Positions 20,804-32,305 of a stretch of DNA of 64,000 bases are shown piece after piece. Position 1 is the stretch's first letter; the number at the start of each line of letters is the position of its first letter. The notes under the pieces were generated by a model. It was not told where the DNA came from, did no database searches, and saw only the letters and a list, made by a program, of their open reading frames with translations. The position numbers were made by a program, and so were the translations under genes. The DNA comes from Trypanosoma brucei (lineage: Eukaryota), in the NCBI GenBank assembly GCA_000002445.1, contig CP000070.1, positions 1,152,001-1,216,000 of the forward strand. The letters are read 5' to 3'.

Positions 20804-22096
20804 CTACATGTTCTCTCTTAAAAAATTCCCTGAACCCTTATCAGGGTTGTTAAGGCTGCCCAAACCAACTGATGACAGGCGTCGCCATGCAGACCCACGC
20901 CTACCGGTGCGCGAGCCCGACCTGCTTGTTCTGCCGCGATGTGTTTCCACTGCATTAAAGCTACTCTTCCTTTGAAGCTGCCTGGGGCGGACCTCAACTT
21001 TTGCCAAACGCATATTGACCAACGGATGCATCTCATGGTAACGTGATTGTAGGGGAAGTTCCCGAAATATACTTACATGACGATAAATCGCCTCTCGTTC
21101 ACTTGGAGTGTACTCGTGCATTTCTACCAAGTCATCCACCATCTTCTGGTAAGCGGAGGTTAAGAGCGTTACTCGAAGCCGCTGAGCCTGGTCAGTAAAG
21201 GAAGCTCCTGGAAGCAACCCCGAGTGTGCCCCCCGGATCCCCGGTGACTGTCGACTGCCGTCGTCACATGAGGTAAACTCTACAGTACTGGAACCAATCC
21301 GCACGGGTGTGCGCGTCAGCAACTCCAGCGTTTTCCTCGGATCCTCGTCGCAACTCGGTCCGTTTGTGGCTTTCTCCTCTACGCTGTGAGTAACTGAGAA
21401 GTTCGGCCATATGGTGCGGGTGGAGGATGATGTGGTTTCCGGGTGATGAGTCTCCGTCGCTGTTGTTGTAGAGGAAACCGGACTCACGCTGCTTCGACTT
21501 GGCGGTCGGCTAACGACTGGTCCCCTTGTCGCTGGTTCGGGTTTCACCACTTGCTGAATTAGTGGCAGTTCCACATCGTTGTCATCCTCCAGTGCCCTCT
21601 CCAATAAACCACGGGGCGTATTCCACACGCTAGGCTGGGGTGAATGATTAGTGTGCGTACCCGCATCACTTCGATGGAACTCATCCCAAGTGACAGCAGT
21701 TGATGGTCTTCTCGAAAATGCGCCCGTATTCATCTGAGGTTTTTGTTGAGATTGCTGCTCAGCCTTGCGGGGTGTGGGGGACTGGTGTGGCGCAGCCGTC
21801 GTATTATACCTGTTTCTTAGCGCAGGAGGCGGCGAGTAGTTGGAGTCAAACACTTCCTGTTTTATGAATCGCCACCTGTGCGCTAGTCCTGTTGGTTGTG
21901 GAAACGCCGCAGCCGCCCTTGATCGCGTGGAAGGAGGTCGCTGTACTGTAGCCGCTACTTTATTTTCCTTTACAGTATAATATGTTCCACTAAAGGGACC
22001 CTTCACAGGCAATTCATGCACCTGTTCTGCTAACAGGGGTGACAAAAGCCCCTTTCGCTGCGGGCTGGCGAACTCTATCATCCCCACTGTGCGCAC
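20804..22096 (-). CDS. Hypothetical Ser/Thr/Pro-rich protein, 430 aa
   Basis: Complete minus-strand ORF co-directional with its neighbours. No recognisable domain. Confidence 0.4.
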   Translation of the reverse strand: MRTVGMIEFASPQRKGLLSPLLAEQVHELPVKGPFSGTYYTVKENKVAATVQRPPSTRSRAAAAFPQPTGLAHRWRFIKQEVFDSNYSPPPALRNRYNTTAAPHQSPTPRKAEQQSQQKPQMNTGAFSRRPSTAVTWDEFHRSDAGTHTNHSPQPSVWNTPRGLLERALEDDNDVELPLIQQVVKPEPATRGPVVSRPPSRSSVSPVSSTTTATETHHPETTSSSTRTIWPNFSVTHSVEEKATNGPSCDEDPRKTLELLTRTPVRIGSSTVEFTSCDDGSRQSPGIRGAHSGLLPGASFTDQAQRLRVTLLTSAYQKMVDDLVEMHEYTPSEREAIYRHVSIFRELPLQSRYHEMHPLVNMRLAKVEVRPRQLQRKSSFNAVETHRGRTSRSGSRTGRRGSAWRRLSSVGLGSLNNPDKGSGNFLRENM

Positions 22097-23351
22097 CGAA
22101 CGAGTCTCCCTCTGCTACTCAGCCTTTGCTGATCCCTACCAGTGCGAACAATTGACGTACTGGGAAGCTTGAAACAAAGAAAAGGGGTATATGAGCACAA
22201 ATATATGAACAGTTATAGGAACATAGAGTGTTTCAGCGCACGGAACGTGAAGAGCAAGAACGAAATCGTAAGAGGGGAAGGGAAGGATATTGAGAAATAA
22301 AATTATAAATAGACGGCAATCACGCCGTCACTGCCAGGGAGCAGTAAATAATAAGAACATGTACGAAATGCAAGAAAAAAAAGACGGTTTCTACCGAGGT
22401 CATGTTCACGGTCTGGCCCCACGAACATTAACCGTATCGGTTGTGCGGACAACCCAGCCCTATTCCGTGTCGCTCTCAATGCAACATAATACTCAGTTGT
22501 TGTTGTTGTTTGCAGAGATTCCCAGCCCGGTGCTCTCACTGCTGTTCATTCCCTTGTACAACCTGGAAAATGCGATGATTGCTTGGAACATTCATCCCTC
22601 GTAATTTAGTGGTCGATGGCATCGCAGAGCATTTTTTTTTGAATGTTTTCAGTGCAGATAATGCTGCATGAGTTGTTTCACCTTCACCGCAAATGCTCCA
22701 TTGAGTCGCACAGTGGATTTCGCGTCCGGGTGTGTGCGAGTTGGGGTTTAGAGTTGTGTCAAAGTTCCTCGACTTACTGATGATGGAATGGTAGCTAAAA
22801 CATGAAATACCCTTCAAGAAACCGCGTGAACAAACAGAAGTGAAGAGGTAGGCAACGGTTGCATAAACTTTCGTGAGTATGGAAAATGCGATATATCAGA
22901 AAAAAAAGCAGATAGAACCCCCAAATGACCATTTGGAATTTCGGCATTTACCGCACATGTCACAAATATCCAACCGGGTATAGGGTTGAGTTGCGCAGGC
23001 GCCCCCTCACTTCGGCATGAGTGGACGGAAACTGATGAAAACAAAGTAACACATGCATACGAAAGAGTGGAAAGAATGAAAGGGTAAAGTATGTGACAAA
23101 TAAAAAAGTAGGCGAAATAAGTGATTTTTTCCCTCCCACTCGGTTAGCTCCGCTACCTTACCACCTGCCTTCCTGCATTCACCCTACCCACTATCGGCAT
23201 AATGGCACTTTGCTATGCATAACGCTTTTTTATCGTCCTCTTTCCAGAAGCGCAAGCGCCTTTCAACTCCTACTAGCACACTATTAGGTCATAAAAAAAC
23301 CTCCTTTCCCCCCCTATTATTCATCCCATTCGTCATCACGTTGCACGCCAA

Positions 23352-24212
23352 TTACGGCGAGGCCAAGCGCTTCTCGTTCTTTTTCTCCTTTTCCGCTTCT
23401 TCCGCCTCCTCAGCCTCACGTTGTCTGTTTGCTTCATCAACATGTGGTTTCAGCTCTTCATCAGTCAAGATTTTAAAGCTCGGAACCATCTTTGGGTTCA
23501 CACCGTACGGGTCCAGTAATTTTTGGGTCAGTGGTGCCTGAACGCGTTGGAGCACCGCCACCTCCAAGCGCTCTGGCGTAAGCTTCACAGCGTCCATCGT
23601 CTTACCGAGGACCCGTAGGCAAAGCACAATGCCCTCCTCCAGTGTAAGTTCCGGTTTCCAGTCACGCTTGAGAAGTGACTGTGCAACCTGGTCATTTTGT
23701 CCAACGGCATACGCCCGCCATGCGCTATAGTTACCGCTTGCATCTGTGTGGTAAAGTTGGTAGCCATAGTGGCGATCCCACCCTGCAAAGAGAAATGACA
23801 CACCGAAGGGACGCACACCACCATACTGGGTGTACAGCTGTTTCTCGTCACACACCATGCGGCAGAGGTCTTCCGCGGCTATCGGCTCCTGAAAGCTGTA
23901 AAAGTGGCGGGCTGCACTCAGTCGAGCGTAGTTGATTAGTGCGTAGGCATCAGAAGTTACGCCAGCGACGCTGCAGCCGAGATGATTTGAAATCTTATAC
24001 ACTTTTTCTCCACTTATATTTCTATCCTCCATGTTCTCTGTATCGAACAACCCATGTTGCTGCCCCCGCTCAGCGCCAAGCACGACACCACCAGTAGTGA
24101 GAATTCCGATGATAGTGCCCGCCTGCGATATTGCCTCTTCCGCATATTCCACTTGATAAAGACGTCCCTCAGGCGAGAAGGTGGTGGTGCGGGAGTCGTA
24201 ACGCGAGGACAT
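23352..24212 (-). CDS. 20S proteasome alpha subunit (alpha-type; resembles alpha7/PSMA3-like), 286 aa
   Basis: The N-terminus YDSRTTTFSPEGRLYQVEYAEEA is the canonical proteasome alpha-subunit signature. It also has RPFGVSFLFAG and an acidic K/E-rich C-terminal tail. Confidence 0.85.
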   Translation of the reverse strand: MSSRYDSRTTTFSPEGRLYQVEYAEEAISQAGTIIGILTTGGVVLGAERGQQHGLFDTENMEDRNISGEKVYKISNHLGCSVAGVTSDAYALINYARLSAARHFYSFQEPIAAEDLCRMVCDEKQLYTQYGGVRPFGVSFLFAGWDRHYGYQLYHTDASGNYSAWRAYAVGQNDQVAQSLLKRDWKPELTLEEGIVLCLRVLGKTMDAVKLTPERLEVAVLQRVQAPLTQKLLDPYGVNPKMVPSFKILTDEELKPHVDEANRQREAEEAEEAEKEKKNEKRLASP

Positions 24213-24911
24213 TTCTCTTGTTTACCGCACCCGTCTCTTTCTCTCGTATACTAGAATGCGTATGAAGGAACCTCTTTTGCTTTATTTCTCTTTTTTTCTT
24301 TTTTCACTCTCCTGTTAATTACCACCACTGCTTTACGATTCGAAAAAAAGAGGGAAAGAAAATAAAAGGAAAAGAGAAAAACAAAGTCAGCGTACACTCA
24401 CTCGCTTTGTTTTGTGGGGATCACCGACAAGGCACCTCCCCGAGGGATGTGTGGGCGCCCTGAGGCACAAACGAAGGCGAGCAAATGGAAGAGGAGATGT
24501 GAACAATAACGGTAATAACACCATCAATGATAATCTTCCAGTAAACAATACAACCTTGAGGACGTTAGTGTGGTAATCTCAACAAACTAGAAGCTCAAAA
24601 TAGCCACAACCAGAGGGTAACCGAGTGGATGGAGATGATAAACCATAGCAAAGGCCGATGAAGAAACATCAGCCGCTACAGAACGTAACTTATTCGCGAA
24701 AAACTGATTCGGTGCGCTCATCATTTGGCTAAGGGCCTTAACCCCCATTTGCAGCAGTTAGCACTTTCCTTCCATTGCAGGAATTGGATATACTCAAAGG
24801 TTCTATGAAAACTCGATGCACAGAAACACTATGTGATACCCGATGCAGAGGATGGCCAACAGAAGACTGGGAGACACCTTTACGGCCCCACACGCATGCA
24901 CAGCTATAAAT

Positions 24912-25601
24912 TCAATCATTCCATGGACTTTCTAATGCTCGCTGCTTATCTCGTGCCACAATACCCTCCTTCTCGACAAGTCGCCATATTGCCATGGTTG
25001 TCCCCTCATCCAACCCAAGTCGCGCTGCTACAGTGAAGAGCTTGACTCGCTGTTCCTCAGGAACCTTCTTGTAGCGGTGAAAGCACGCTGCCCTCATTGC
25101 GTCGTATACAAAACAACGAACTTCAGGCATTTGACTAAGACGCATGTTAATGTCAGTGTCATTTTCGGTATCCGATTTACTACCATCCTCGCCACTGGTT
25201 ACATTTCCAGCGTCATTTGCTGAGCCAGTCTGCGGTCCCTGTGCCTTCTCTAGTGTCTCCACCAGGTGCCTTCGATATCGCTCTACATCCTCCTCGCTGC
25301 TGTTATGGCGCATGGCAATTTTAAGCAACTCATACGATGGGAATAAGGCGGCTGAACACCCAGCGACCCAGTCGCGGGCGCGGCGTCCACCACCACTTGC
25401 ATGCACGAGGGCCTTGCAGTAAAGCACCGGTGTATCATTTTCCTTCAATGCATCCCCTACCCCAAAACTTTTCCACGAGCCATAACGCGGTGCCAGCCCA
25501 GTGCCGTACATAACGTTCAGCACCCATTGTTGCGAGGAGTCGTGACGCATTGCTACTCCCGCAGCTGGAAAGATGACGCAGGAACGAATAACGGAACGCA
25601 T
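24912..25601 (-). CDS. Hypothetical protein, 229 aa
   Basis: Complete minus-strand ORF. No motif recognised. Confidence 0.4.
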   Translation of the reverse strand: MRSVIRSCVIFPAAGVAMRHDSSQQWVLNVMYGTGLAPRYGSWKSFGVGDALKENDTPVLYCKALVHASGGGRRARDWVAGCSAALFPSYELLKIAMRHNSSEEDVERYRRHLVETLEKAQGPQTGSANDAGNVTSGEDGSKSDTENDTDINMRLSQMPEVRCFVYDAMRAACFHRYKKVPEEQRVKLFTVAARLGLDEGTTMAIWRLVEKEGIVARDKQRALESPWND

Positions 25602-26077
25602 TATATATCCACACTGACCCCTTCGCTAAACTGCCTCAATAGTGTCGCAGAGTATTTTTTTCTGCTGGGTCGTTCAGGCCAACCCTACCACACACCATTC
25701 ACAACTTTCCCCACCTGTGGATGTGAGGTCCTGTAAACGGTTTTCTTATTACTTTTACAGGTACAGTCCGTCCGTGGCGGCTCCAGAAAAAAAAAAATGA
25801 GGTTCCAAAAACGCTATCGAAGGCAACCCTGTGCACCGTTCCTTCCTAAAATTCCTGAAAACCATGCTGGCAGACAAAGATAATAGATAGGAGGAAATGG
25901 ACAGCGGAACCCCGATGGCGGGAAGCGTCACCCACTGCAGAGATTATAAAAGTTTCTCAGTTGAAACCATTTGTAATGTGTAGTCATTCGCACCCGATGT
26001 GATGGTGAGCAATGATGGTACATATCCACAACGCTCGTCAGCAGCAAAACCCACATTGAGCATATTAGCCCTCATTG

Positions 26078-26956
26078 TCATTTATTACTTTGATTGTTAT
26101 CACCACACTCCTCTTTGTTTGTTTTATCTCCACCCAGCACATGATGACCATCCTGAGGCAACCCACAGACCTGCTGCATACCGTAATAGTCAAGTACGGT
26201 GCTCGGTCCGGGTGCTTCGGCTAAGCGCACCGCCGCTTCTGCAACAACATCGACACTAATCGGTGGTACCAAAAGGCCGTGGAGGTGCAGCGGCCGCAGC
26301 ACTGCTTCAAGAGGCTTGCCGATAGGCCACAGCGGAACCGGCACACAACCCTCCCCGAGTGGCACGTGCCGCGTGCCATAAATGAAACCAGGTCTCAGCA
26401 CAGCTCCGTCGTCACCAAGGTTCTCCAACACGGCCCGCTCAGCGACACGCTTTCCCATGAAGTAGCCCTTCAGCGCCCAGCGACTGTTCAAGAAAAAACC
26501 GGCACGCGTGCCCACTGGTTCCGCGGAGATGAGAACCATGCGGCGTGCAACAGCTCTTCGTTCGTACAGAGCTGCTGCAATGTTTACGTTGGCATCACCA
26601 CAAACACGGCGCGCCATTTCGTGATCTCTAGTGAGGAGACCAATGCAACTAATAATGGCACTTGCATCCGGGTGGTCATCCATGAACTGAAACACCTGCA
26701 GGCGACTTGTGGCATCAAGGGAAACAAACTCTAGCGGTTGGGGGACATGACACGTGTCGTGTGCAACTCCCTGTGAGAGCGTGTCTCCGTGCTTCTGTTG
26801 TAATGAAGTGAAATCATTATACAAAGGTGAACCGTGTATTGGTACGCCACCGCGAGTTGCACATATTACTCTCCAGCCGCGCTGTAGAGCCTTCCGAACC
26901 ACTACTGAGCCCACGAACCCCGTACCGCCAAATATCAATAGCTTACCCGACTTCAT
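26078..26956 (-). CDS. NAD(P)-binding Rossmann-fold protein (NAD-dependent epimerase/dehydratase or NmrA-like atypical SDR), 292 aa
   Basis: The N-terminus LLIFGGTGFVGSVVVRKALQRGWRV is a classic GxxGxxG dinucleotide-binding motif of extended/atypical SDRs. Confidence 0.65.
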   Translation of the reverse strand: MKSGKLLIFGGTGFVGSVVVRKALQRGWRVICATRGGVPIHGSPLYNDFTSLQQKHGDTLSQGVAHDTCHVPQPLEFVSLDATSRLQVFQFMDDHPDASAIISCIGLLTRDHEMARRVCGDANVNIAAALYERRAVARRMVLISAEPVGTRAGFFLNSRWALKGYFMGKRVAERAVLENLGDDGAVLRPGFIYGTRHVPLGEGCVPVPLWPIGKPLEAVLRPLHLHGLLVPPISVDVVAEAAVRLAEAPGPSTVLDYYGMQQVCGLPQDGHHVLGGDKTNKEECGDNNQSNK

Positions 26957-27807
26957 AATGCCACAAATCCCTCAACCAAAAAATGGCTCGCAAATGATTA
27001 AATTTGAGTGTATTTCCCCCCTTTTCCCTCTCTCACTGTAGCGGTGCTTCCCTTATTTCCAAATTTGACGTAACTCGACGTCTTCCAAAGTAGAATTTAA
27101 GATATATATATATATATATAAGCCTTTACAATGTTGCTATTTTCCTACGTTGTTTTTGACTGTTCAATGCCGACCCGCGCAGGAACCGGCTACTGTCCTT
27201 TCCCCAACCAACCAGCTCACCGCGTCCTAAAAGCAGAGAGGCTGCGTTGTATTTTAGTGGGTTTTGAGTTCTAGAGTTCAGCAAAGTTAGAGTAATAATA
27301 ATAATAATAAACAATAACCCACAAAGGAATACGAGTACATATCAGAAAAAAGAAGTGTAAATGTTGTCAAATACACTACAACCATCGGTGCTGTTTCCTT
27401 CATGCACGCATGAGTAAGTCATTGTTGCACATACACGGCGGGAAACACCCCCTTTTTGTCTTTTTTTCTTGTGCTTCTGATTTTATTTTCTTCCCTGCTT
27501 GCTTCACGGAGGAGGAACGTGTAGGTAATTATATGCTTATGTTTGTCCATGTATGCTGAGATGGGTTACACAAGTTTAAGGCACAGTGTAAATGTTGCGC
27601 ACAGTCCACTAACGCGTGATGAATCGTGTCGTTTTTGTTTTGTTTTGTTTTTTTTACAAATTATTTCTTTGTTTATCACAACAGTAGCAGCTTCCTTCGC
27701 GTTCATTGAACCTCCTCCACAGTGCTTTAATATATTTTCCTTTCATCCCTTCTTTCCCCATTTTTTAAATGTTTTCTCCTTTGCCTTTTGTTTCATTTGT
27801 GTTGTGC

Positions 27808-27812
<5 letters not shown>

Positions 27813-27842
<30 letters not shown>

Positions 27843-27892
27843 AAAATACAAAAAACAAACAAACAAACCGCCACCCGAATTCATCTTTTCAG

Positions 27893-27925
<33 letters not shown>
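27813..27925. repeat. Compound microsatellite: (GT)14 at 27813-27841 and (TA)15 at 27896-27925, separated by an A/C-rich spacer
   Basis: Direct reading. Similar (TA)n tracts occur at 27103-27120, 28554-28578, 37148-37170, 45807-45830 and 61079-61107, and a (GT)10 tract occurs at 9170-9190. Confidence 0.9.
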
Positions 27926-27927
<2 letters not shown>

Positions 27928-29278
27928 CTCATCCACTGTATGCATAAACACATCGCCACTGAAGGAAAAGAAGTGCAGCAAAAGTAATTTTTTTTTTACC
28001 AAAACAAAACTGAACAAAAAAGGAGGGAACCTCAAAAACAAACAAAGACATGAAATAAAAAAAAGGTGAAAAAACAAAACGAGCAAAAACAAAAAGGAGG
28101 AAGAGGAAGAGGAAACAAAACAAAAAAGGGAGAAGATACGTTCCCTGCTCACCATTTGTTATACGGGTAACACATGTGCGCCAATTAGTACCATTTATGG
28201 GTGTTTTCTTTTTCTTTTTTTTTCCTTTTGAAAATATGTAATTAATTATTTTTCTCCCTTTCTCTCATAACAGCGGGGTACTATCACTTCTTGCTCAGCT
28301 GAACTCAGTCGGGTTTGGTTACTTGTTTTCGCCCCAACTACCAAAAATAAAAAAAAGAAAAGGTACGCCATCCTGGAGAGTATTGTTTCCTTCCTATTCT
28401 TTTACCCATATCGCCCACTTTTCTTTTATTTATTTTCCTTCATTTTGATTTGGTTCCAGCTTAATAATGAGGACACTGTTACACCCAAATGCTACTGATC
28501 CTACATATACACTGCCCCCAACCGCTTCGAAAAAAACAAAAAGAAAAAAAGAGTATATATATATATATATATATATATGCCGCGTGTGTGGTCCCATATG
28601 AACGAAGAAACCATTTTACGTGATTTACCTCCCTTTTCCCTTTTCTCTTCCCTTTTTATTGACCAAACAGTCAAAACACAAAAATACAATCACAACCAAA
28701 CACGTCAGTTCTCAATACTCTCTTTCCAAACCCTTCGCTGTACATCCATTTGTTATTCGCTACCGGGACATACGGTGGGGGCCCATACCTTTCTTTTTTT
28801 TCCTTTTTTTTCCTTTTTCTTTCTTTTATTTATTTATTTATTTATTTTTCTGCCTCACTCATCCACTATTTGCATATTTAAATAAGAAGGGGGGAAATTG
28901 TCTATATTAATAGCTGATCTGTTATACGTTGTTACGAAGCGCTATTTACCCTGCTGGAAACTGGTAATAGACATTAAAGGAACTGCGAGGAGAAATTAGT
29001 GGTAAGAAACTTAGTGAGTTGAACACTACTCAGAATGGAAACAGGAGAGGGGGGAAAAAAAAAGCAGAGGCAAAAAGAGAAAAGAGGTAACACTTATTGG
29101 CCTCTTGCTATGTTCTTCCTTTTTTTTTCTTTTACTCACCTAAAAAAAAAAAAAAATGCACAACTGTCGTTGCAAAACCAACTCCGTATGCTCCCAAACC
29201 TTGTCCACCTCCACGTTCCGATCTATGTTAATTCAGTCACTTACTTCATCTGCTCACACCCATGTTGGCTTCCTCGTG

Positions 29279-32200
29279 TTAAAAAAGTGATTCACCGCCG
29301 CCAAAGTCATTTCCATCAGCCTCACGACTCCTTTTTTTACTTGGCTCCATTAAAGCACTTGTAGTGAAGGTTTCTATTTCTTGTACCGGTGGTGGTAACA
29401 ATGACCTGCGCATTCCTCCTTCTACATCGCTTCCAATAGGCATAAGCTCGCCTATATTTGGAGTCTCCAAGAGACCGCCACGATTGTAACCCGAAAAGTT
29501 GTCCACCTGGTTGCTGCTGCCGTTGCTATTGATATTTGCCTCAACAAAACTACTGTTCATCTCCAGTACCCCAATTTCATCTGAAGGCACCTGCTCACCC
29601 CCGGCATCGGCATCAGAACAAAGCACTAACTGGGATAAGGGCGTATCAAGTGGATTGGGGGCGTGGTTAATGCCCAGGTTCCATTTGTTATGTTGATGTC
29701 GACTCTCGTGGGCTAAAACCGCAGCATGTTTCGAGTTCTCTCCATATCGTCGATCCACAAAAGTGTTAGAAAGGTTGTGATACTCCTCGAACATCCTACG
29801 CCCAACACCTCCTGGGCTATAATCATCCTTGAATTGGTTCGCCAACCTAACGACCGCCTCTTGGCCTTTGGTAAAATCAGTTGGGAAGTGTCTGTTGTAC
29901 CACTCTTCCTTGCGCAAGTATTCCCATAAGGTCAAGCCATTATAGCGCACCTCGCGGAGAAAGCCACGCTCCTCGTCCTTCGCCTTCTCACAGTCCTCAG
30001 AGGCATGGTAGTAGGAATCACAGAAGAGACATACATCTGGAAAGTTATCAACTTGCAACTGTGCAAGGTGTTGAAGAAGATCGTTTGATTTAACATACAG
30101 TAGGAATGCCCGAACGGTAGCTGTACTGTAACGGGCGGCAGCAAGAGGAATACGTGCGTCTGTGAGTTCTTTAATCGCCGTCAGGAAACTCTCCGGGTAT
30201 GCTTTATCTTTTCCCAGGACCTCCCACGCATCCGACAGCCGAGAGGAATCTCGTACGTTACGGTCAGCCCGCAAACGTTGAATTCGGTCTTGCACCAAAC
30301 CCGGATTAAGTCGTATATCGATCACCTTCAAATGATGCTGCTCCAACACCCGACGTGCCTCCACTTCACACCAACGGGTACCGTGCCCCATAGCATCACA
30401 AGTTTTGCAGTATGGAATCCGGTTGTCGTTAATCAGCTTTACAGCAAGAAAAAGCTCATCCTTGCGGAAACGTTTTGCCTTTCGGTCACTCATATCAATG
30501 GCTTTAAGAGCCTCCTCAAGAAGATGGCTTTCCTCTGGGTATTTCATCGCCAAAAGGTTATGTTCCTTTAGCAGGTTCCGTGCAACATGCAAATCCCAAG
30601 GTTCCTTTCTTCTCGTGCAGTGGGTAGCAGCATGAAAAGGCTCTAAGCAGTTGTAGCAGAGTATATCTTTTACGGGTCGTAGTAGTTGCACTTCCGTTGG
30701 TACACATGCATACAAGTCCGGGGGGTATTCCTCCGGAAGGGAGCCGTCAATAAGGCAGTGAAAGAATGAATTTGTTTCTTGCACTTCCTTTATGCTTTGG
30801 TACATTTGAGCCGGTAATTTCGCTTGACGAAAGTGGATGTCCAGCACCTCTACGCTCTGCAGCAGCTGATCCCACTCTCGGAAGCGACGACTTTTTTTTA
30901 GGAATCCATGCACACGCTCCATCGCAGGGCTTAGAGCCTCGTCATTCGGTTTACCAAATACTGTAGAGGAGGGCAGGATACCATAGCTTGCGTGAATCCA
31001 CATCGCATGTCGCTCGCGCGGGCCAGTGGTGGCACCCCGCACGGTATCAAACGCATCGAGCAATTGGTCGTACGGCTCGGCATTTTTAATTAGATTCACA
31101 ATACAGTCCAGCGCCTCCTCGTATACGAGGGGAAGCCGAATTCTATGCTTAAATAATATTTCCGCCGCATTCCTGCGAGACACACCTCCACGGTCTTTTT
31201 GAAGCAAGCTATAATAGTGAGAGCGGCGATAGTTATTCTGCTGACCGTTTGCCGTGATCATGGGGAACCGCACAAACGGTCGTTCACAGGGACATTGTGC
31301 CTCCGTATGCGTCCACACATCACACCGAGGGCAGCCACCTTTTTTTTCTACCAGTTCGTGTAACCACATCCGTGCGTGTGGGTGCATGACAGTATCTAAC
31401 GCATCAACCTCCACTGTGGACGCGGGTACAGGAAGGCAGGTCTTGATGTAGCTGCTGTTGCTCATTGGGGCGATGTCTCCCATCACCGCACCAGCAGCGG
31501 CAACATCACCAGATTCCTGGACTGGAGCTTCTGCCGCCGCTGGAGCAGGGGGTGTCCATCCGTAGCACCTAAGCAAATGATGCGATAAAGACGGCCGTGA
31601 TTTTCGACGTCGAAGACGATGGAGGCTGTCTCTAAAATCGGGAGGAACGCGAAGCCGCTCCGATCCATCTTTTGTTGCCTTCGATCCCCTCTGTTCCGCC
31701 GTACGGGTGGCTTGCTTGAGCCGCTGATAAACATCACCCCTCCACACCTTCTTCCACGTTTCAAGGAGCTCAAGGCCCTTGCTGCGTAACTCTTTGGACC
31801 GCGACGGTGACGCATTCTTATCAGCAAATAAAGCGGCCACCACTCCGGGACCATACGCATCGAGCACATCTTCCCCGTTGGTAGAACCCCCGTTGGCACC
31901 TAGAGTGTCTAACCGCGACGTGTTGCGCCCAAAACACCAGTGGTGGGCAATGAGGTCTGGGAGGAATGAGTTTATCTCTTCGATGATTGAAGCGCAGAGG
32001 TGCAAACGTTTCTCTTCGGTGCAATACATCAACACGGCATTAAGCAGAAGCCATGCCCCCACACGATCGTCCAGTTCAGTCTTTTCCGTGTCTACAACAC
32101 GCCACACTAGTGCCCGAGTAATCTCCTTGGGATGTGCCTGAGCATGTTCATTCACGAAACGAAGTGTATGCTGTATTTCCGACGCCAGTACTGTCTCATT

Positions 32201-32305
32201 GCTAAGATCAGACGATATTTGCACACAGCAGCGGTGGAGAAAGTTGTCTCTGGCATCTTGGCTGAGCATATTCAGCTGCCCAATAAGGTCTATGTGTGCG
32301 GCCAA
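29279..32305 (-). CDS. Large protein with four CCHC zinc knuckles, 1008 aa, hypothetical
   Basis: Four widely spaced C-x2-C-x4-H-x4-C knuckles: CPRCDVWTHTEAQC, CYNCLEPFHAATHC, CKTCDAMGHGTRWC and CLFCDSYYHASEDC. The remainder of the protein is unique sequence. Confidence 0.6.
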   Translation of the reverse strand: MAAHIDLIGQLNMLSQDARDNFLHRCCVQISSDLSNETVLASEIQHTLRFVNEHAQAHPKEITRALVWRVVDTEKTELDDRVGAWLLLNAVLMYCTEEKRLHLCASIIEEINSFLPDLIAHHWCFGRNTSRLDTLGANGGSTNGEDVLDAYGPGVVAALFADKNASPSRSKELRSKGLELLETWKKVWRGDVYQRLKQATRTAEQRGSKATKDGSERLRVPPDFRDSLHRLRRRKSRPSLSHHLLRCYGWTPPAPAAAEAPVQESGDVAAAGAVMGDIAPMSNSSYIKTCLPVPASTVEVDALDTVMHPHARMWLHELVEKKGGCPRCDVWTHTEAQCPCERPFVRFPMITANGQQNNYRRSHYYSLLQKDRGGVSRRNAAEILFKHRIRLPLVYEEALDCIVNLIKNAEPYDQLLDAFDTVRGATTGPRERHAMWIHASYGILPSSTVFGKPNDEALSPAMERVHGFLKKSRRFREWDQLLQSVEVLDIHFRQAKLPAQMYQSIKEVQETNSFFHCLIDGSLPEEYPPDLYACVPTEVQLLRPVKDILCYNCLEPFHAATHCTRRKEPWDLHVARNLLKEHNLLAMKYPEESHLLEEALKAIDMSDRKAKRFRKDELFLAVKLINDNRIPYCKTCDAMGHGTRWCEVEARRVLEQHHLKVIDIRLNPGLVQDRIQRLRADRNVRDSSRLSDAWEVLGKDKAYPESFLTAIKELTDARIPLAAARYSTATVRAFLLYVKSNDLLQHLAQLQVDNFPDVCLFCDSYYHASEDCEKAKDEERGFLREVRYNGLTLWEYLRKEEWYNRHFPTDFTKGQEAVVRLANQFKDDYSPGGVGRRMFEEYHNLSNTFVDRRYGENSKHAAVLAHESRHQHNKWNLGINHAPNPLDTPLSQLVLCSDADAGGEQVPSDEIGVLEMNSSFVEANINSNGSSNQVDNFSGYNRGGLLETPNIGELMPIGSDVEGGMRRSLLPPPVQEIETFTTSALMEPSKKRSREADGNDFGGGESLF

